Shown here piece after piece: positions 37,226 through 50,800 of a stretch of 64,000 nucleotides of DNA. The translations under genes and the position numbers were made by a program. Origin of the DNA: Microbotryum violaceum (Eukaryota); NCBI GenBank assembly GCA_001244265.2, contig CDLV01000006.1, positions 1,798,001 to 1,862,000 of the forward strand, given 5' to 3'. Position 1 is the stretch's first letter, and each line of letters starts with the position of its first letter. Below the pieces are notes generated by a model. It saw nothing but the letters and a program-made list of their open reading frames with translations. It was not told the DNA's origin and did not search any database.

Positions 37226-37669
37226 CTACCACACCATAGTCTGAGCTCGAAAATCTGATCTCTTTGGGACTTGCTTTGAGCTGAGACAGGGGTCTCGTAA
37301 AAAGACGTTTCGCCACCTGTCTCGGTCACGTGATTGCGCCACACGTTGAGCTCGATCCGCCAGCTGAATGTCGAGCATGCGGACGACTTGCTTGACATCC
37401 TCGACCCGAGGCTGCAACAGGCTATCGCTCTACCTGAATTGATCAGTCCCCAAAGTAACAAACCTGGGGCAATCATAGAGAGAGAGAGAGAAAGTGTTCA
37501 TCGGTGGGTGGAGCGTTGAACCAGCAGCGACGGTGGGTTCGGACTCGCCATCGACGGTGCCTACCAGCGAAACCAACGCCTGTCGCACGTCTTGATGCTG
37601 ACCCAATAGGGCTTCCAGAACGGTGAGGAGTTCCTGGTCGAGCAGTTTGTGTGCGTGTGCGATCGTCAT
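37226..37669 (-). pseudogene. Possible small or degraded hypothetical gene
   Basis: ATG ORF with helical character (LLDQELLTVLEALLGQHQDVRQALVSL) and a downstream protein-like frame (VEDVKQVVRMLDIQLADRAQRV). No family recognised; splicing unresolved. Confidence 0.25.
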
Positions 37670-38257
37670 GGTCGGTGAGAGATCGAAAGATGAGGGAGTG
37701 CGAGGGCAGTACCCGAGGTGTTTGTCGCGTCAGAAGTGAACAGGTTGCGCGTGACGGGGACCGGCGCGCTCCTGGCTCATCAGCTCGATCTTCTGACCCC
37801 TCAACATGACTCCCACCTCTCTCTCTCTCCTTCCTTCTTCTTCGTTGATGAGTACCTCTCACATGGCTCCTCCACCACTGGGCCGAAACCGACTAGCGCA
37901 TCGACGCAGCACCGAGGCGGTAGGTGGTGGAAGTCGGCAGTAGTGTACCATCAGCCACCGTGAGTTCACCCCTCCCACTTGTTGCAAGTATGTACCACCG
38001 TCGCTGACTTGGGCACTGCCCTCCTCTGGTCTTCACTCGGCCTCCGATCGCACGCTCTTGATCGAAGAGGGGCCCACGGCAGTCCTGGTCGTCTTGCGAG
38101 GTATAGAGTTTGGGAGAGGTTTTTGGTTATCATTGTATCGGGTCAGTTCCGCTTGTGGCCACCTCCGAGCATGCACTGCCACCGCCAGCGCAGCTCAGCC
38201 TGCGGCATCATCGGCCGGACCCGACCTGTACACCGGGCTTGGGCTGACCTTACTCTC

Positions 38258-38730
38258 GCCTTCACCTTCACATGCCCGTTCATCTTCATCTACCTTCACA
38301 TCACACCATCCCCACCACATCATACCATCTTCACCATCACCATCTTCACCTCTACATCCGATTCTCGTCTTCACCGTTCACCGTTCACCGTTCTCACCGT
38401 TCACCGTTCACCGTTCACCGTTTACCCTTCCCCCTTCTCATCCTTCACCCTTCTCACCCTTCACATCCTTCACCCTTCACCCTTCACCCCTCATTGTTCA
38501 CCCCTCACCGTTCACCGTTCACCCTCGCTTCCACCTCGAAACACCTCCACCTTGATCCCTTGTCTTCACCTCTACATCTGTTCCTCCCCATTGCACCTCC
38601 ACCTTTGACTTACCCTCATTTCATGCTGCTCTTTCTTTGACCTTGATCTTGAACGCCAACCTCGCCTTCACCGCACCGTCAACCTCTTGCTTACGTCATG
38701 CACCTTCACCTCCACCTTTGCCTCCACCTC
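38258..38730. repeat. Degenerate TTCACC(G/C) minisatellite / pyrimidine-rich tract
   Basis: Many TTCACC units, with near-perfect (TTCACCG)n at ~38370-38420 and ~38505-38524. Confidence 0.8.
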
Positions 38731-40253
38731 GGGATTTGGCGTTACAGGGGGTTTCCTTGCCGCCATTCGGCCGTTCAAGACGTCATGACTGGTATCAATG
38801 ATGAATCAACAACTTTGTCCACAAAAAGTGAGTTTTATGCACACCAAGTGTGACTGCCTACTAGTAGTTCCGTCTGCTCGAACGTAAAGTTGCGAGCTGC
38901 TGCTAACGTGGTCACCCGCTGCCAACAGCTGCTTCAACTGGCAATGCGGCGGGACAGGTCAGACTCGAGGAGGGGATGATGGAGCGGAAGTGTGTGGGTT
39001 CGCTGTGTTTGCTTTTTCTGTTTTTTTCTCACGTGCACGTATCAGGCCGCGTTGCACAGCGACTCCGACTGGTGTCCTCTTCTTTGTTTTCTCATGGTTT
39101 GGGTAGAACAGAGTTCGAGGATTAACCGTACTGGAATGTCGAGCACGCCGAGGGTGTGGACAGGGGACCGTGCACCCCACGTCGAGGTTAACGATCCAAC
39201 CCTCTACCCTCGGAAAGACCGAATATCTTGTTGATCAAGCTCGGTCAAGCCTTGGAACATTGTGTGGGCACTGAGAACCACCCCAGTCTTGAGACCACCG
39301 CTATCGATGCAGTGGTTGCTGCTCCAGCAGCGTTGTTCGGGCCGGGCGACCTCGCCTCAACCTCGATTTACTGCGAGGTCCGACATGGAGCTGGGTTGCG
39401 GTGCGGGGCTCGCCGTGACTCGATAGCTCCGACGTGGCGAGTCAATGGGGAGAAAATTCAAGATGGATTCCCGAGTACACTACTAAATGGGATCTAGATC
39501 GAGTGGACAACTTCAGTTTCATAGGTAATTCGGTTGCTTCGGAGAAAATCGGTCTCGGCTGTTGAAATAGTAACTCGACTCTTCGAGTGCCTCGTGCTTG
39601 TGTATCAGCATGCGTGACTGCGAGTCTCGGATGCATGGCCCATTTCATCGAATAGCACGGGTGCACACCCTCATGCCTCGTAATGCACGCTGGTGCATGG
39701 GCTGGAAACCCAAGTGTGCCGCGCTCAATCTCCCGCGGTTCGCAGGGTGTGCAGCCGACGGCGCTGAGACTGCACGGGGGTGCATACGCGCGCATGGTTG
39801 TACATCAGTGTGCGCACGTATAATCCTAGTATTGTGAACGATTCTACACGAGTAGGGACTGGATCTGACTTCATCTCAGCCGGCTCCGAACGTGTTTGGT
39901 CGACCGGAGCTTGAGCTTCACGTGCCCTTCAGTTGATTCACCCATTGCACCCTTCCTCTGCTAAGTCTCACACACTCTGTCGCTCATTTCCAATACCGCC
40001 TACGGGTCTAATAATCGCTCATGCAGTACTTGACGCTGGTCGTAGATCTCGTCCAGTTCCTCCTCCAGATCCGAGACTCGACGTGCACTCGGCGATGGGC
40101 GAAAGAAGGTGTTTGCAACGAAGCAGGCTGCGCCAAGAGGTCGATTCGATCCGGGCGTGCCCGAGAGTGCATACGCGTGCAACGTCGTACAGAGACGTTT
40201 CAAGGAGATAAAACTGAGTAGATACGGATGCACACGTTTATATGAGAAATAGT

Positions 40254-40370
40254 GGCCGGACGGCTGCCAGCGACGGCGAGTCGATCCGTGATTTGGCCCG
40301 GTTTCACGCCGAGTGGGGGCGGGGGCTGCACGAGTCAATTGTCGGCGTGCTTGCTGAAGCAAGGGGAGGG
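40254..40370 (+). repeat. Dispersed repeat copy A (matches 57328-57450)
   Basis: Manual alignment: 18 mismatches over 117 aligned nt plus one 6-nt indel. Confidence 0.85.
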
Positions 40371-41673
40371 CATCGATGGCTCATTCGATCAATCATCCGG
40401 GCCAACATCGCCCAGAATCCAGAATCGAGAAACCAGATGCAATGGTGGTTATTGTTATTCAACGCAAAGTCTGACCGGTACTCATACGGTGTCCACAAGG
40501 TTATTTCTGCCTCTGCGAGCCTCTGCGCGTGCTCAATTGCCGTGTCACCGGAGTGATTAGACCTGTTTCTCTCCCGGTACGTGATCAGAGTGATCGGCAA
40601 GGCCCGTGCGAGTCGCGCGGCGTTAGAGAAGCGCACCTCGAGAATCGCCGGCAACAAAGGGGAAGGAGGAGCTTGCCTGATCGGTCCCACTCACACCAAC
40701 CTTCGTCGTCTCCTTCAAGTGCTCGAGTGGTCGTCAAATCGAGCTGTCGACGCTTGCCCCGTGGTCAGTTTGTGAGGTACGTCGTGTTGTGCTTCATCCC
40801 TCAAGTGGCAGGCTAGTGGCTACGTAGGGGGGCTCGCCCGTCGATCATTGAGGACGACGGGAGAGTGCCGTGGGCCTGGGGGAAGGCCTGGGCAGGCGCG
40901 CCTCGTTAGCCCTCGTTAGCGCTGGAGGGGTGGGGGGGCGCTCCCACGCTTGTTGAAAGGAGATAAGGGGGGCCTGTGCTGCCGGGCGTGTGTAAGAGGT
41001 GTTCGTGTGCCGGCGTGTCTCAGACGACGGTTCAGCCACATGGCGAACGTGCCTCCTCTCCCTTGCCATGTGTGCCCTCTGACCTCTCGCGTCTGGTTAG
41101 TGTCCGTGGTATCGCCTCCCGCCCCCGAACGCTACCGCCGCTGCCACGACCCGGTAGCGCCTCGCTTCCCTGATCGCACCCATTCAAGCCAACGCCTCTT
41201 GCTGGCCGCCTTGTGTTGCTCAGTCCTGACCTCTCCCGCCTCTCACGTTGGCTGCGCCCCTTTCGAACGTACCTTTTCTATCTCGTCGCAGGCGAGTTGA
41301 CGAAGCAACCGAGTCTCAACACCGGACCCGCTGTACCAGCACCGGTGCTGTCAACCCACACTGCGTGCTCCGGGGCCGAAGCGCTCATCTCGCGCACGGA
41401 ATTGATCCCGACGCCGACTTGCTCTTCCACACGATATCGCGCCTCTATATCCCCCTACCGAATACTTTCTCTTCCCCATCACCCCGACAGTCCTCTCGCT
41501 ATACCTACTGCCCGCCTCTGCATCCAGTAATCGACAGCCCCGAGAGGGTCAGCGACTACGAGACGACGATCGACGAGCGCGTCTGCAGCCTGTCGCGTTC
41601 CTGACGGCGATCTCACACTCGAGTGTTCAAGTCAACCGGTCTTTCTCTCATCCCCCCCGGATTTGCTGTCGAC

Positions 41674-44173
41674 ATGGCCTCCACTGCTTCCAGTAGTCAG
41701 CCTACTGCGGGGCGGCAGCAACAATCGAGTCACATGTGAGTTGGCAGCGGCTCGCCCGTGTCACCTGTCTTGTGCGGATCGTGCCCGCTGCGATGGTCCT
41801 CCACCCCCTCCGAGCTTCCTCTGCGGGGTTGCTGGCCCTCGTATAGCATGGGCAATGTCATTAGCATGTGTATTGACACAAGATATCGATTTGGCCACTC
41901 ACAGGCTCAAGACGGGACGAAGAGGTAACCCATTCTGCAAGGTAAGCAAGCTCACCTGCCCCCGTGACCCTGCTGGACTCGCACCCGGCCGCGCTTGGTC
42001 GCGCACTGGCAGCGGTGACGGCGCAGGCTCGATCACCGCTACCTGCTTTTATCTGAACACCTTTCTCGACTGACGTACGGAAGATGGCTGTATGCCGTGT
42101 GTCTTGTGCTGACCCCGCGTCCCCTCCCACTTGTGCGTCGTGGCTCTACAGGACACGCACGATTTGTTCGCGACGCTCATGGTTTCGCTTGACCTTTCGG
42201 ACCGCACGCGATTCTTCCGGACATACCCGAATGCGTTCACAACCGACGACGCCGCGACGAATCTCTCCTCTTTGCGATTTTCGCAGTCAAATCGAACATC
42301 CGATCCCGTCGATCCGCAGCGCATCGTGACGACAACGACGACGACGACGTTCTCCATGTCGCGGGACATCGCCAAGGGCATCTGCCAACACTTTATGGAC
42401 GCGCGCCTCATCGAGAACGCGGCCGACCCCAGCTCGCTCAACTTCAAAGACCGGGGCATCTATCAAATCACACCCAAAGGGCTGCACATTCTCGAGCGGT
42501 TCATCACAAAGAACGGCATCTCGGCCGACCACCTTGTGCCCGTTTTCACGTCGCAACCCATTTGCATGAAGCTTCTACACCTCGAACGTCGCACCTCCGA
42601 TGACGAGATCCATATCTCTCGGTCCGTTATCGATGTCGTATTTAGGAGATTCGCCGGCGGTCGACACCCAAATTACATCAATGAGCCGCATGACCCAAGG
42701 CCGGTGGTGGGGTCGATCGTGCCTAGACCGTTCGTGGACAATGCCAGACCACCGCCAGGGTTCGATCGTGCCGGTGGAGTCGAATTGCAGGACGTGACAG
42801 AAAAGTCCAAGGCCGGACAGCCCGTGGTCGTCAAGCAGGTTTTCTTATCGACGCATGGAATTGATTGGCTCGTCGACTATTCGACATGTTGCTGCCGAGA
42901 GGAGGCGGGCGAATTGATGGCCCACTTTGTGCGCTATGGCCTCATCACCCTGTACCTCGACCGCTCCAAGACAGGGGATCGAGTAACTGCTTCGGAAGCC
43001 AAAGGGACGATTTCGGGTGAGGCAGAATACCGACAGGGCGCCAAGATCTTGTACCGCATCACCGATGACGGCCGCCGAGCCGCAGCTACCCCGGGGCCGG
43101 TGTCACAGCCGGCGGCGGCGTCCTCGACGCACTTCATACCGCTCAATGAAGCTGCTCCCCCGCTTAGCAAACCCGCTTTGTTGAAAGTTGCGAGCACGAA
43201 GATGGAGCCCAAGGTGTCATCAGAGGGGAAGAGCGATAGCGACGTGGATTCACAGACCGATTTCGACCGGGTCGTCGACACAACGTTCGTTGGTGGCACC
43301 GGTCTGAGCAACGTCTCCGAGTCGGCATTTGTGGGCAAGAAAGCGCTGGCCGACCTCTTCAAGTCCGACACCTCCGATGCGGCCGTCGCCGGCTGGTCAA
43401 AAGATCAACACTCGACGACAACCCGGCTGCGAGCGATTCTCGACGAGCCGGCCTTGCGGGCCCTGTTCCGTGATTTCTTGCGCGCGAACTATTGCGACGA
43501 GAATCTGGCCTTCTGGATAGATGTCACCGACTTTAGACGACGGTTTTCGACCACCTCGTCGGCCGTCGGCGGAGCGGCGCAACAAGCTGCCAAGCGGAAA
43601 CAAGGCGCGGCATCGAACGCGATGGAGACCCATCAGCAGAACCTCGTAGCTGCAGCGCTGCACATCTATCACACGTACCTCGCTCCCCTTTCGCCGAGTG
43701 AACTCAACATTGATCACAATCTGCGCGCCGACGTCGTCAACTACGTGAACCGGGCCTTGGCCGAAGTTGCGCCTCCGTCCAACCGGCCGGTGACGTCGAG
43801 CGGCAGCAGCGGAGATGATCCCGATATGATCCCCGCTCTGCGAGCCACCCAGGTCCAGACGTTGCTGCGGCAGTACGAGCGGATACAGGAGCACATCTTC
43901 CGACTGCTGGCCACGGATCAGGTTCCTCGGTTTGTCAGGTAAGTCATAACTTTTCGCCACCTCCATTCATGATACCGCAGCTTCCCTCATCTGATGCACG
44001 CCCTATCCACATTCTGTCCCGCACATAGAACGGAACCGTTCTTGGCTTTAATGGAACCCGAAGCCCTTAAAAACGATGCACCAAGCTCGACCACAAACTC
44101 GCCAGACCTCTCGAAACCCCCCCTTGCTGCCAGTCCTGCTCTTGGTGTGGGCCCACCCGTGCCACCAGCATGA
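41674..44173 (+). CDS. DEP-DEP-RGS regulator of G-protein signalling (Sst2/FlbA/Crg-like)
   Basis: SSHM|LKTGRRGNPFCK|DTHDLFATLMVSL...FFRTYPNAFTTDDAATNLSSLRFSQSNR...FSMSRDIAKGICQHFMDARLIE...YQITPKG. RGS domain ILDEPALRALFRDFLRANYCDENLAFW...YLAPLSPSELNIDH...LATDQVPRF. Confidence 0.92.
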
Positions 44174-45866
44174 TCAAACATGGGCGCGCATAGGTTTATT
44201 CAAATACCTGCCTCCGTATTTGTTTTTTGAGCAACTGCATTTATGCGCCGCGTACTGCTCGTTGGACCGGTATCGTCAAGTTTCGTGGCCACCGCCCCAG
44301 TTGTTCGCGCCGTTTCGTTGTGTTCGTAACCCTCCAGCCTCTGAAGCCCCTTCTCCGCGTTGATCCCCTCTTCTGTCCAACACGAATCAGTCTTGATCGC
44401 ATCCCAGTACCTCTCGACTTTCGGTTCCCGCTTCCGCGCATTGGTCTGTCACCCCTCGCGACGGCGGTGGCCAATCGCACCCCCAGTCTTGTTTTGTCAT
44501 TTTTGCATACCACCTGTTTGCTTCGCCCTATTTCCTCTTCTTCCTCTTGTCCTCTTTTTTTCGTACATTCTTATGCTGGCTTTACCCTTTGCATGACCGA
44601 TGAAATTGCCAAGTTTTCTTTGAAGCCCATGGCACAAGACGACAATACCGCTAACGGACGGACGTTGTCCAAGCGCTGGGAAGTGTGTTGCGCACGTCGC
44701 CCCGAGCTGCACAGCCTCATGCCGGAATCAGATGCTGTGCTTGCGCTTAGCGTCCCATGACGCGGATTGATATTGCTGCTATACCTACCTATGTAACTGG
44801 CGGCGACTCGTTGCATCTTGAAGGAGAGGCAGTGAGGCCAGTGCAGTGGCCGCGTTGGAAAGTACTAAAACTCGTTCCCGCGCTCATCAAATGCATCAAC
44901 CCCGGCCCGAGGTATGCAGTGCTGCGCTGTAGATTCATGGTCCCGAGGCACCCAAATCTCACGACCATGCCGACCATCACAAAATCTGCCGGTTCCCTTC
45001 TTAGAACCTCAAAAGGGAAAAGGGCTAAAAAAAATGAACCTATCGGGAATCAAAACCGGGTGTACAAATAATCTTCTACCGATGCGAAAAATCCTTACTA
45101 AATCATGAGATTCAAGTGTAGGTAAGGTTATGCGCGGGTTCTCACATTAAGCGTCATGCTTAGTAACTACGGGTTTTCGAGACCGTCTAATCATTTGGTG
45201 TTCTGTCGTGTGACTGGACTTTCCAGGCCGAGTGTTTTATTGCGACTGCCCAGAAAAGACCTTCAACCTGATACCGCAGTGAGTCGCACATGCGTAGTGT
45301 CGAAGCTAGCTCAAAGGTGCAACCCACGCCAAGAAGCTTGCAAACGACCGAGAGTCGACGTCGACGACGTCGCCGACCAGCCGGCTCGAGCTCCGAGCGG
45401 CAACTCTTTCCGGATCATGGGCCTGACGTTGTTGCTCGAAAGTGGAACGCAGCCCAAGCGCCCGCGCCGGCCTGCGTCGCCTGAACTTGACGAGACGACG
45501 CGCGGGGCCTCACCTCGCAAATCCTCACAGCGGCCCGCCCGCGCGTCCCCGACGTGGGCCCGTCCAAGCCCGTCCTTAGACTACAACTAGCACCTCCATC
45601 ACGATCGTCGATATACCCCGTTTCTCACCTCTGGTACGCGACTCCCGGCTGGTCCATTCTGTCATTGTACCCGAGTGGCGAAGCATTCGTGCATTCATGT
45701 GAGTGCCAATGGCTGGTTGTCTCTTACGACGTGCACCATGTCACGTCGTCGAGTAGTGCCCGACTGACGACTGACGCTGCTGGCTGGCCCTTGTCTCGAT
45801 TGTCTCACCGACTGTCCTGCCACCCCTCCCTGTGTGCGCGCGCAGACGGCACGGACGACGGCGACG

Positions 45867-48800
45867 ATGCCCGACCCGACCTCGGCGGATTCGTACTACC
45901 TGACAGGCAAGGATGCCGCCGCCAAAGAACGAGAACAACGTCTGCTGGCTGCGAAGCGCAAGGTGCGTACTTGATCTCTGTGTGCTCAGCACAACCGTGG
46001 GGTCTCCTCTTGCGCGAGGAAAGGAGATGCCCGTTGCCGCCACGCGCGGCTGTCGCTTGGGAATGCAAGGCGACTGACGCCGTGACGGAATCGACCGAGA
46101 CCCCCGCAAAGGTCGTGGTGCATGGGGTGCGCGACGCTGGAGATGTGGGAGCTACTGTGGGATGACGACGCGAGGGATGAATGCTGTGTGTTCTCGTACT
46201 GACGGACAGGCTCGTTACGGCGTTCCTCACAGCTCAAGAGCTATCGCGCGCGACAAGCGAAGGGGAGCTCGATCGCCTCGTCCGACTCGCTCGCATCACG
46301 ATCGACTGTCGCAAAGCGAGAATCCGTGCAATCCGTCGCGTCGTTGACGGCATCTCTTGAAGGCCCGGGGACACCGCACAAGCACCGCCGATCCATCTCG
46401 AAGTCGGCGCTCTTGGGCGAGCGCGTTGCGCCGGCGCCGACGCTGCCGAGCGCCATGGGCCATGGCCGGCGAGCGTCGAAATCCCGGCACTCGAGAGGGC
46501 CTTCCCTGACAGCACAGATCACCCAGATCAAGGGACACAGCCACCAGCGATCCCGGTCTCGCGCCTCCATCTCGATCAACAGCACGTCCCGCGTTCACGC
46601 GCCCCAAGACAGCTTCAGTGGCAGTCTCAACCCTTTCGACCCCTTTGCCTCCGCGTTTCCGCGTTCGACATCGCCATTACCTCCCGGGGCCAAGACTCCA
46701 AATACGACAGCGAATCCGAGCGTAGGCTGGATCACGAATCCGTTTGTAGGTGTGACCCCCGCTCCCGAAGCGTCGACCTCGAAACTCCCACCGCCGACCT
46801 TGTCTCCGACGCGAGACACCTACACGACGTCCGCGCCCTCGCAACCCTCGCAGCCCTCGCAACCGCCGCACCCGCAGCATTCTACGACTTCTTCTTTGTC
46901 GTCGATAAGTGGCAGGATAGCTCACCACGAGCGACGAGCTTCGAGACACGCACGGCAGAGCTCCGTCTCAAACTTTCGCGAGTCGCTCGAGATTGTTTCG
47001 GGCCAGGGACAGTATTCAGCCATGGGACCTCTTGGCTACAGCCCTGCGGTGTCGTCATTCGCCGCAGCACCGTCGTCCGTGTCTTTGTCGCCTTCGAACT
47101 CGTTTCAGGGCGTTGCGATCCCAATGATCCCCATCACTCCATCGAGCACATCGCCGCGCCCGAACACCTTGATGCCCTGGGAAGCCGACCCGGCCAAGGT
47201 CCTCGAGGCCTTGAAAGAACGCGGACGTCGTGAATCTGACTTTGGTCTGGACCCACAAACAGACCGACGGAACGCTCTGGAGGCTCTGGAAGGACGAGTA
47301 GCTGCGCCGTCGGAGATGATCGATCTCGGCAATGAGGAGCAGGGCCAACTGATGAGGGCACCGAGAAGCCCCGGTTTCACGGACACAGGAAAGCCACTGG
47401 CACCTGCCGGACCACTCGGGGCGCCCTTGATTGGAGCGGGTACATTGTCAAACGCTTCTCCGTCGTCTCTTCCATCCTTTGCGCACTCACCAATCATCGG
47501 CCTGGGCGTTTCAGGCAAGAGGCGCGACAGCTGGAACCCGCCAGGACCGGTCACCGCAGCTGGCGCAAAAGGCGCAATGGATTTAGGCATGCTTGTAGAG
47601 GAAGAGGAAGAGGAAGAACACAACGACCCGCTCATCTCCCCGCGGCGACGCACGCCCCGAAAGGTGCGAACTGCCTCCACGAAGAGCACGAAATCATCTC
47701 CCGGAGGGCCCATCTCCCCGACGCCCCGGGCCCGTACGTCCACGATCGACTCGGTCGTGATCCCGATGATGGAAACTGTCGAGATCGATGACAGTCGGTC
47801 ACCTCCACCGCCACCGCCACCCCCGGCTTCCTCGGTATTCACCCCCCGGCCCTTGCGCACGCTGTCGTTGACCGGCTCGATCATTTCGTCAGGGTCTCCC
47901 GGTGGGACCCCTTCGTCTGCGGCCCCCTCCCCGCCCGTCACTCGTCAGACGCCTTTGTCGTCCGTTGCATCGCCTCCGTTGGCACCCGTCGAAGATGCTC
48001 GCACGTCGCCGACTCTCGAGCGCAGAGTGAGCATGTTCCATAGTGCAGCGGTCGCGACGGCGAATGGCCACGACATGACTCCATCGCCGTTGACGTCTTC
48101 GCCGAACAGTATGCCGCGTTCTACCACGGGTGGTGGCCTCCGTTCGCTGTCGATCGGGTCGAACACGTCGCCCCCGCTTGACCGCATGCCGAATCGTAGC
48201 CATTTCGGACAGCGACGTGTTGTCTCGGGACCGAATCAGGCCTCTCCCTCGCCGGTGGGCGCCTCGCCCAGCTGTGGCGGCGACAACACGCAGAGACGTT
48301 CTTCAATCACGTACAAGACGGCCTCACTCTCGTCATCGTTGGGAGCTCAGGACGCTCCGTCTTCTTATGCACGAACGCAGAGTACGCGCGGGCATCAGTG
48401 GCAAGTGAGCACCGGTGGAGGGGGCGGAGGAGCGGCATTGGCCGGCTACCCCTTCCCGGCCTATGGCGGCTTCGGAGATCTTCATCTTGACACCACCGAC
48501 GATGAGGATAACCATTCGCCCTCGGCCGCTTCGCCGCTAGGTTCGGTCTCGGCCATCTCACCAATCGCCGCCCCTCGCGCCCTGCCCAATGTCTCAACCG
48601 CCAGCTCCATCTCCAGCTCCGCCTTTTCGGCCTCGGCAGCAAGCCAAAAGAACAGCCTCGAAAGGGACCGCGACGAGTCGTCGGGGCTGCGACAACAAGT
48701 CGCATCGCTGCAATCGCAAGTCGAGCATTTTAAGGCGTCGCAAATGCAACTCACGTCAACACACGCACTTGAGATAGCCGACCTCGAGAAGAACGCGGCT

Positions 48801-50523
48801 GGCGAGGTCGGAGAGCTTCGGACGCGGATCGAGGAGCTCGAAAAGTCACTCGAGGCCGGCACGACAGCGCGACGCTTCGAACTTGAAGGGCTGACCCGTG
48901 AGATCGAGCAAGCGCGCGAGGCTCTGCGCGATGTGATCGAGGAGCGCGACGAGTTGCGCGAAGACGTCGATGGGTGGCGGAAACGGTGTGCCTCGCTCGA
49001 AGTGGCGCCGAGGAAAGATCGCGAGGACGAAGCGTTGGCCCAGGCGCAGGCCAAACTGATTGGCGAAATGCGTGATCAGATCCTCAATCTCGCCGGTGCG
49101 CTCGAACGCGAACGCAAGCAGCACGATGAGACGCGCCAACTACTCGAGCGTTCGCCTGCAAATCGTGCTCCGACGGCGCAGAGCAATGCAAAGCCGTCAT
49201 CCTTTGGTCAGCAGCGCAAGCCAGCCCCCGCTCCTGCGCACTCGGCGCACATGATCATCGAGCCTACCCCGGTGACACTCGAGATTGGCGAAGCTGATGC
49301 CAAGGCGTTCGCCCGCGTCCCCCAACATGGCTTCAAGAACGCCTCCGACGGGTCCGTCCTCTCTGGCTCGTCGTTCGGACGCTCGTACTCGGGAACGACG
49401 ACCGAGGGCACGTCGGTCGACGACTCGTACTCGATCAGGATGACCTCCTCGCCTCCATCACATAGCAACTTCGGCTCCAAAGGTCGAGAGAGCGATTTCG
49501 GCAGCGCGGCTGCGCTCAACCAGTTGCAGACGCTCGCCGAGGAGGAGGAAGAAGAGGACGCCGCCATTGTCGAAGCGAACCGCATGCAGCACGACACCGG
49601 GTCAACAGGCTCGGTCAGCAGCGTCGCGATGCCCCTGACACCCAACAAGGAGGACTTGCCGACCTACCATCATCGATCGCACTCGTTTGTTCGGCACTGG
49701 AGCGTGAGCGCTGCTCACTTATTATGCGCGGACTGTGTGAGCGAATACTGATGCTTCTTTGCCTTTTGTCTAGTTCCCCAAGGGCAGTGTCAGCTCGGTG
49801 CGTATGTCGCTGGAAGAGGATCATTCCTTCTTCGACTACAACCGTCACACGTCCTTGCCGCCCCTTCCGCTCGATGCGCAGTTCCCGCCATTTATCACCG
49901 CGGACCTCACCGTCGAAGAAGATGATCTGCACGACACTGGCTCGCCTTCGCTTTCGCAGTCTGCACCCGCGCATGGTCGTCGACCATCTTCGCCCCGCCC
50001 ACTCAATCGCATGAACCCCCACACGCGACAGTCCTCGGGCCAGTACACCCGAGGTACACCCCCTGTCGCACCCTCGGCGCTGATCCATGCTCAGCTTGCA
50101 TCGTCGACCTCGTCGACCCGCTCCGAACCCAACGGGAACGCCCCTTCGAAGCAAGGGCTCTCCCGTTTCGGTTTCGGCATCATCGGTTCCCTTAGCGGTT
50201 GGTCACCGGCGAGCTCGGCCCCGGCGACCACCCTCCCAAGCTCGCAACCCAAGGCGCCTTTCTCGCAACCACCTCGCGAACAAGACAAGATCGACGCCCC
50301 TCCATCGCGACGACGAGCCTCGTCGTCGGCTTCTCGAGCCCAGATACCCATTCCGCCACCACCCATGTCGTCCAAGTATTCGGCGGCGATGAAGGGGCTC
50401 GCGCCTCAGTCGGCACCGCGCTACATTAAGGCTTCGGAGGTCAAGCGGCCGCGTGCGTCTCGTTTCGCCGTCCTAAACTTCGATCCCGTCTGCTGTGCAG
50501 ACGAAGATGTGTTCCACGTCTAG
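45867..50523 (+). CDS. Large (~1,440 aa) Ser/Pro-rich protein with a coiled coil; candidate GRASP-binding golgin
   Basis: Exons 45867-45962, 46233-49703 and 49773-50523 join in frame. Coiled coil encoded at ~48680-49150; N-terminal RLLAAKRKLKSYRARQ; C-terminal CCADEDVFHV*. The gene is well supported, the golgin call is inference. Confidence 0.7.
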
Positions 50524-50800
50524 AAGTGCCAATTTTTCGACGCGCGCCGACCACCCGCGCTTGAACCGATCGGAGAGGACTCTTCTTGTATCTTGTCTGT
50601 TCGTTCCATATTCTTTTCACGATTTCTAGTGGTTGCTGCACGCAGCAACAACGACACCGTCCTGTATATATGGAACCATTTTATTCGTTATAATTGCAAC
50701 ACGCAGCTTTTCTCTTTATTCAACCTACTGGACCGGGGCCTCGAGGCAGCTCTTGAACACGATGAGGGACCTAGGTCAAAGAAAATGTCCTTAATTGCAA

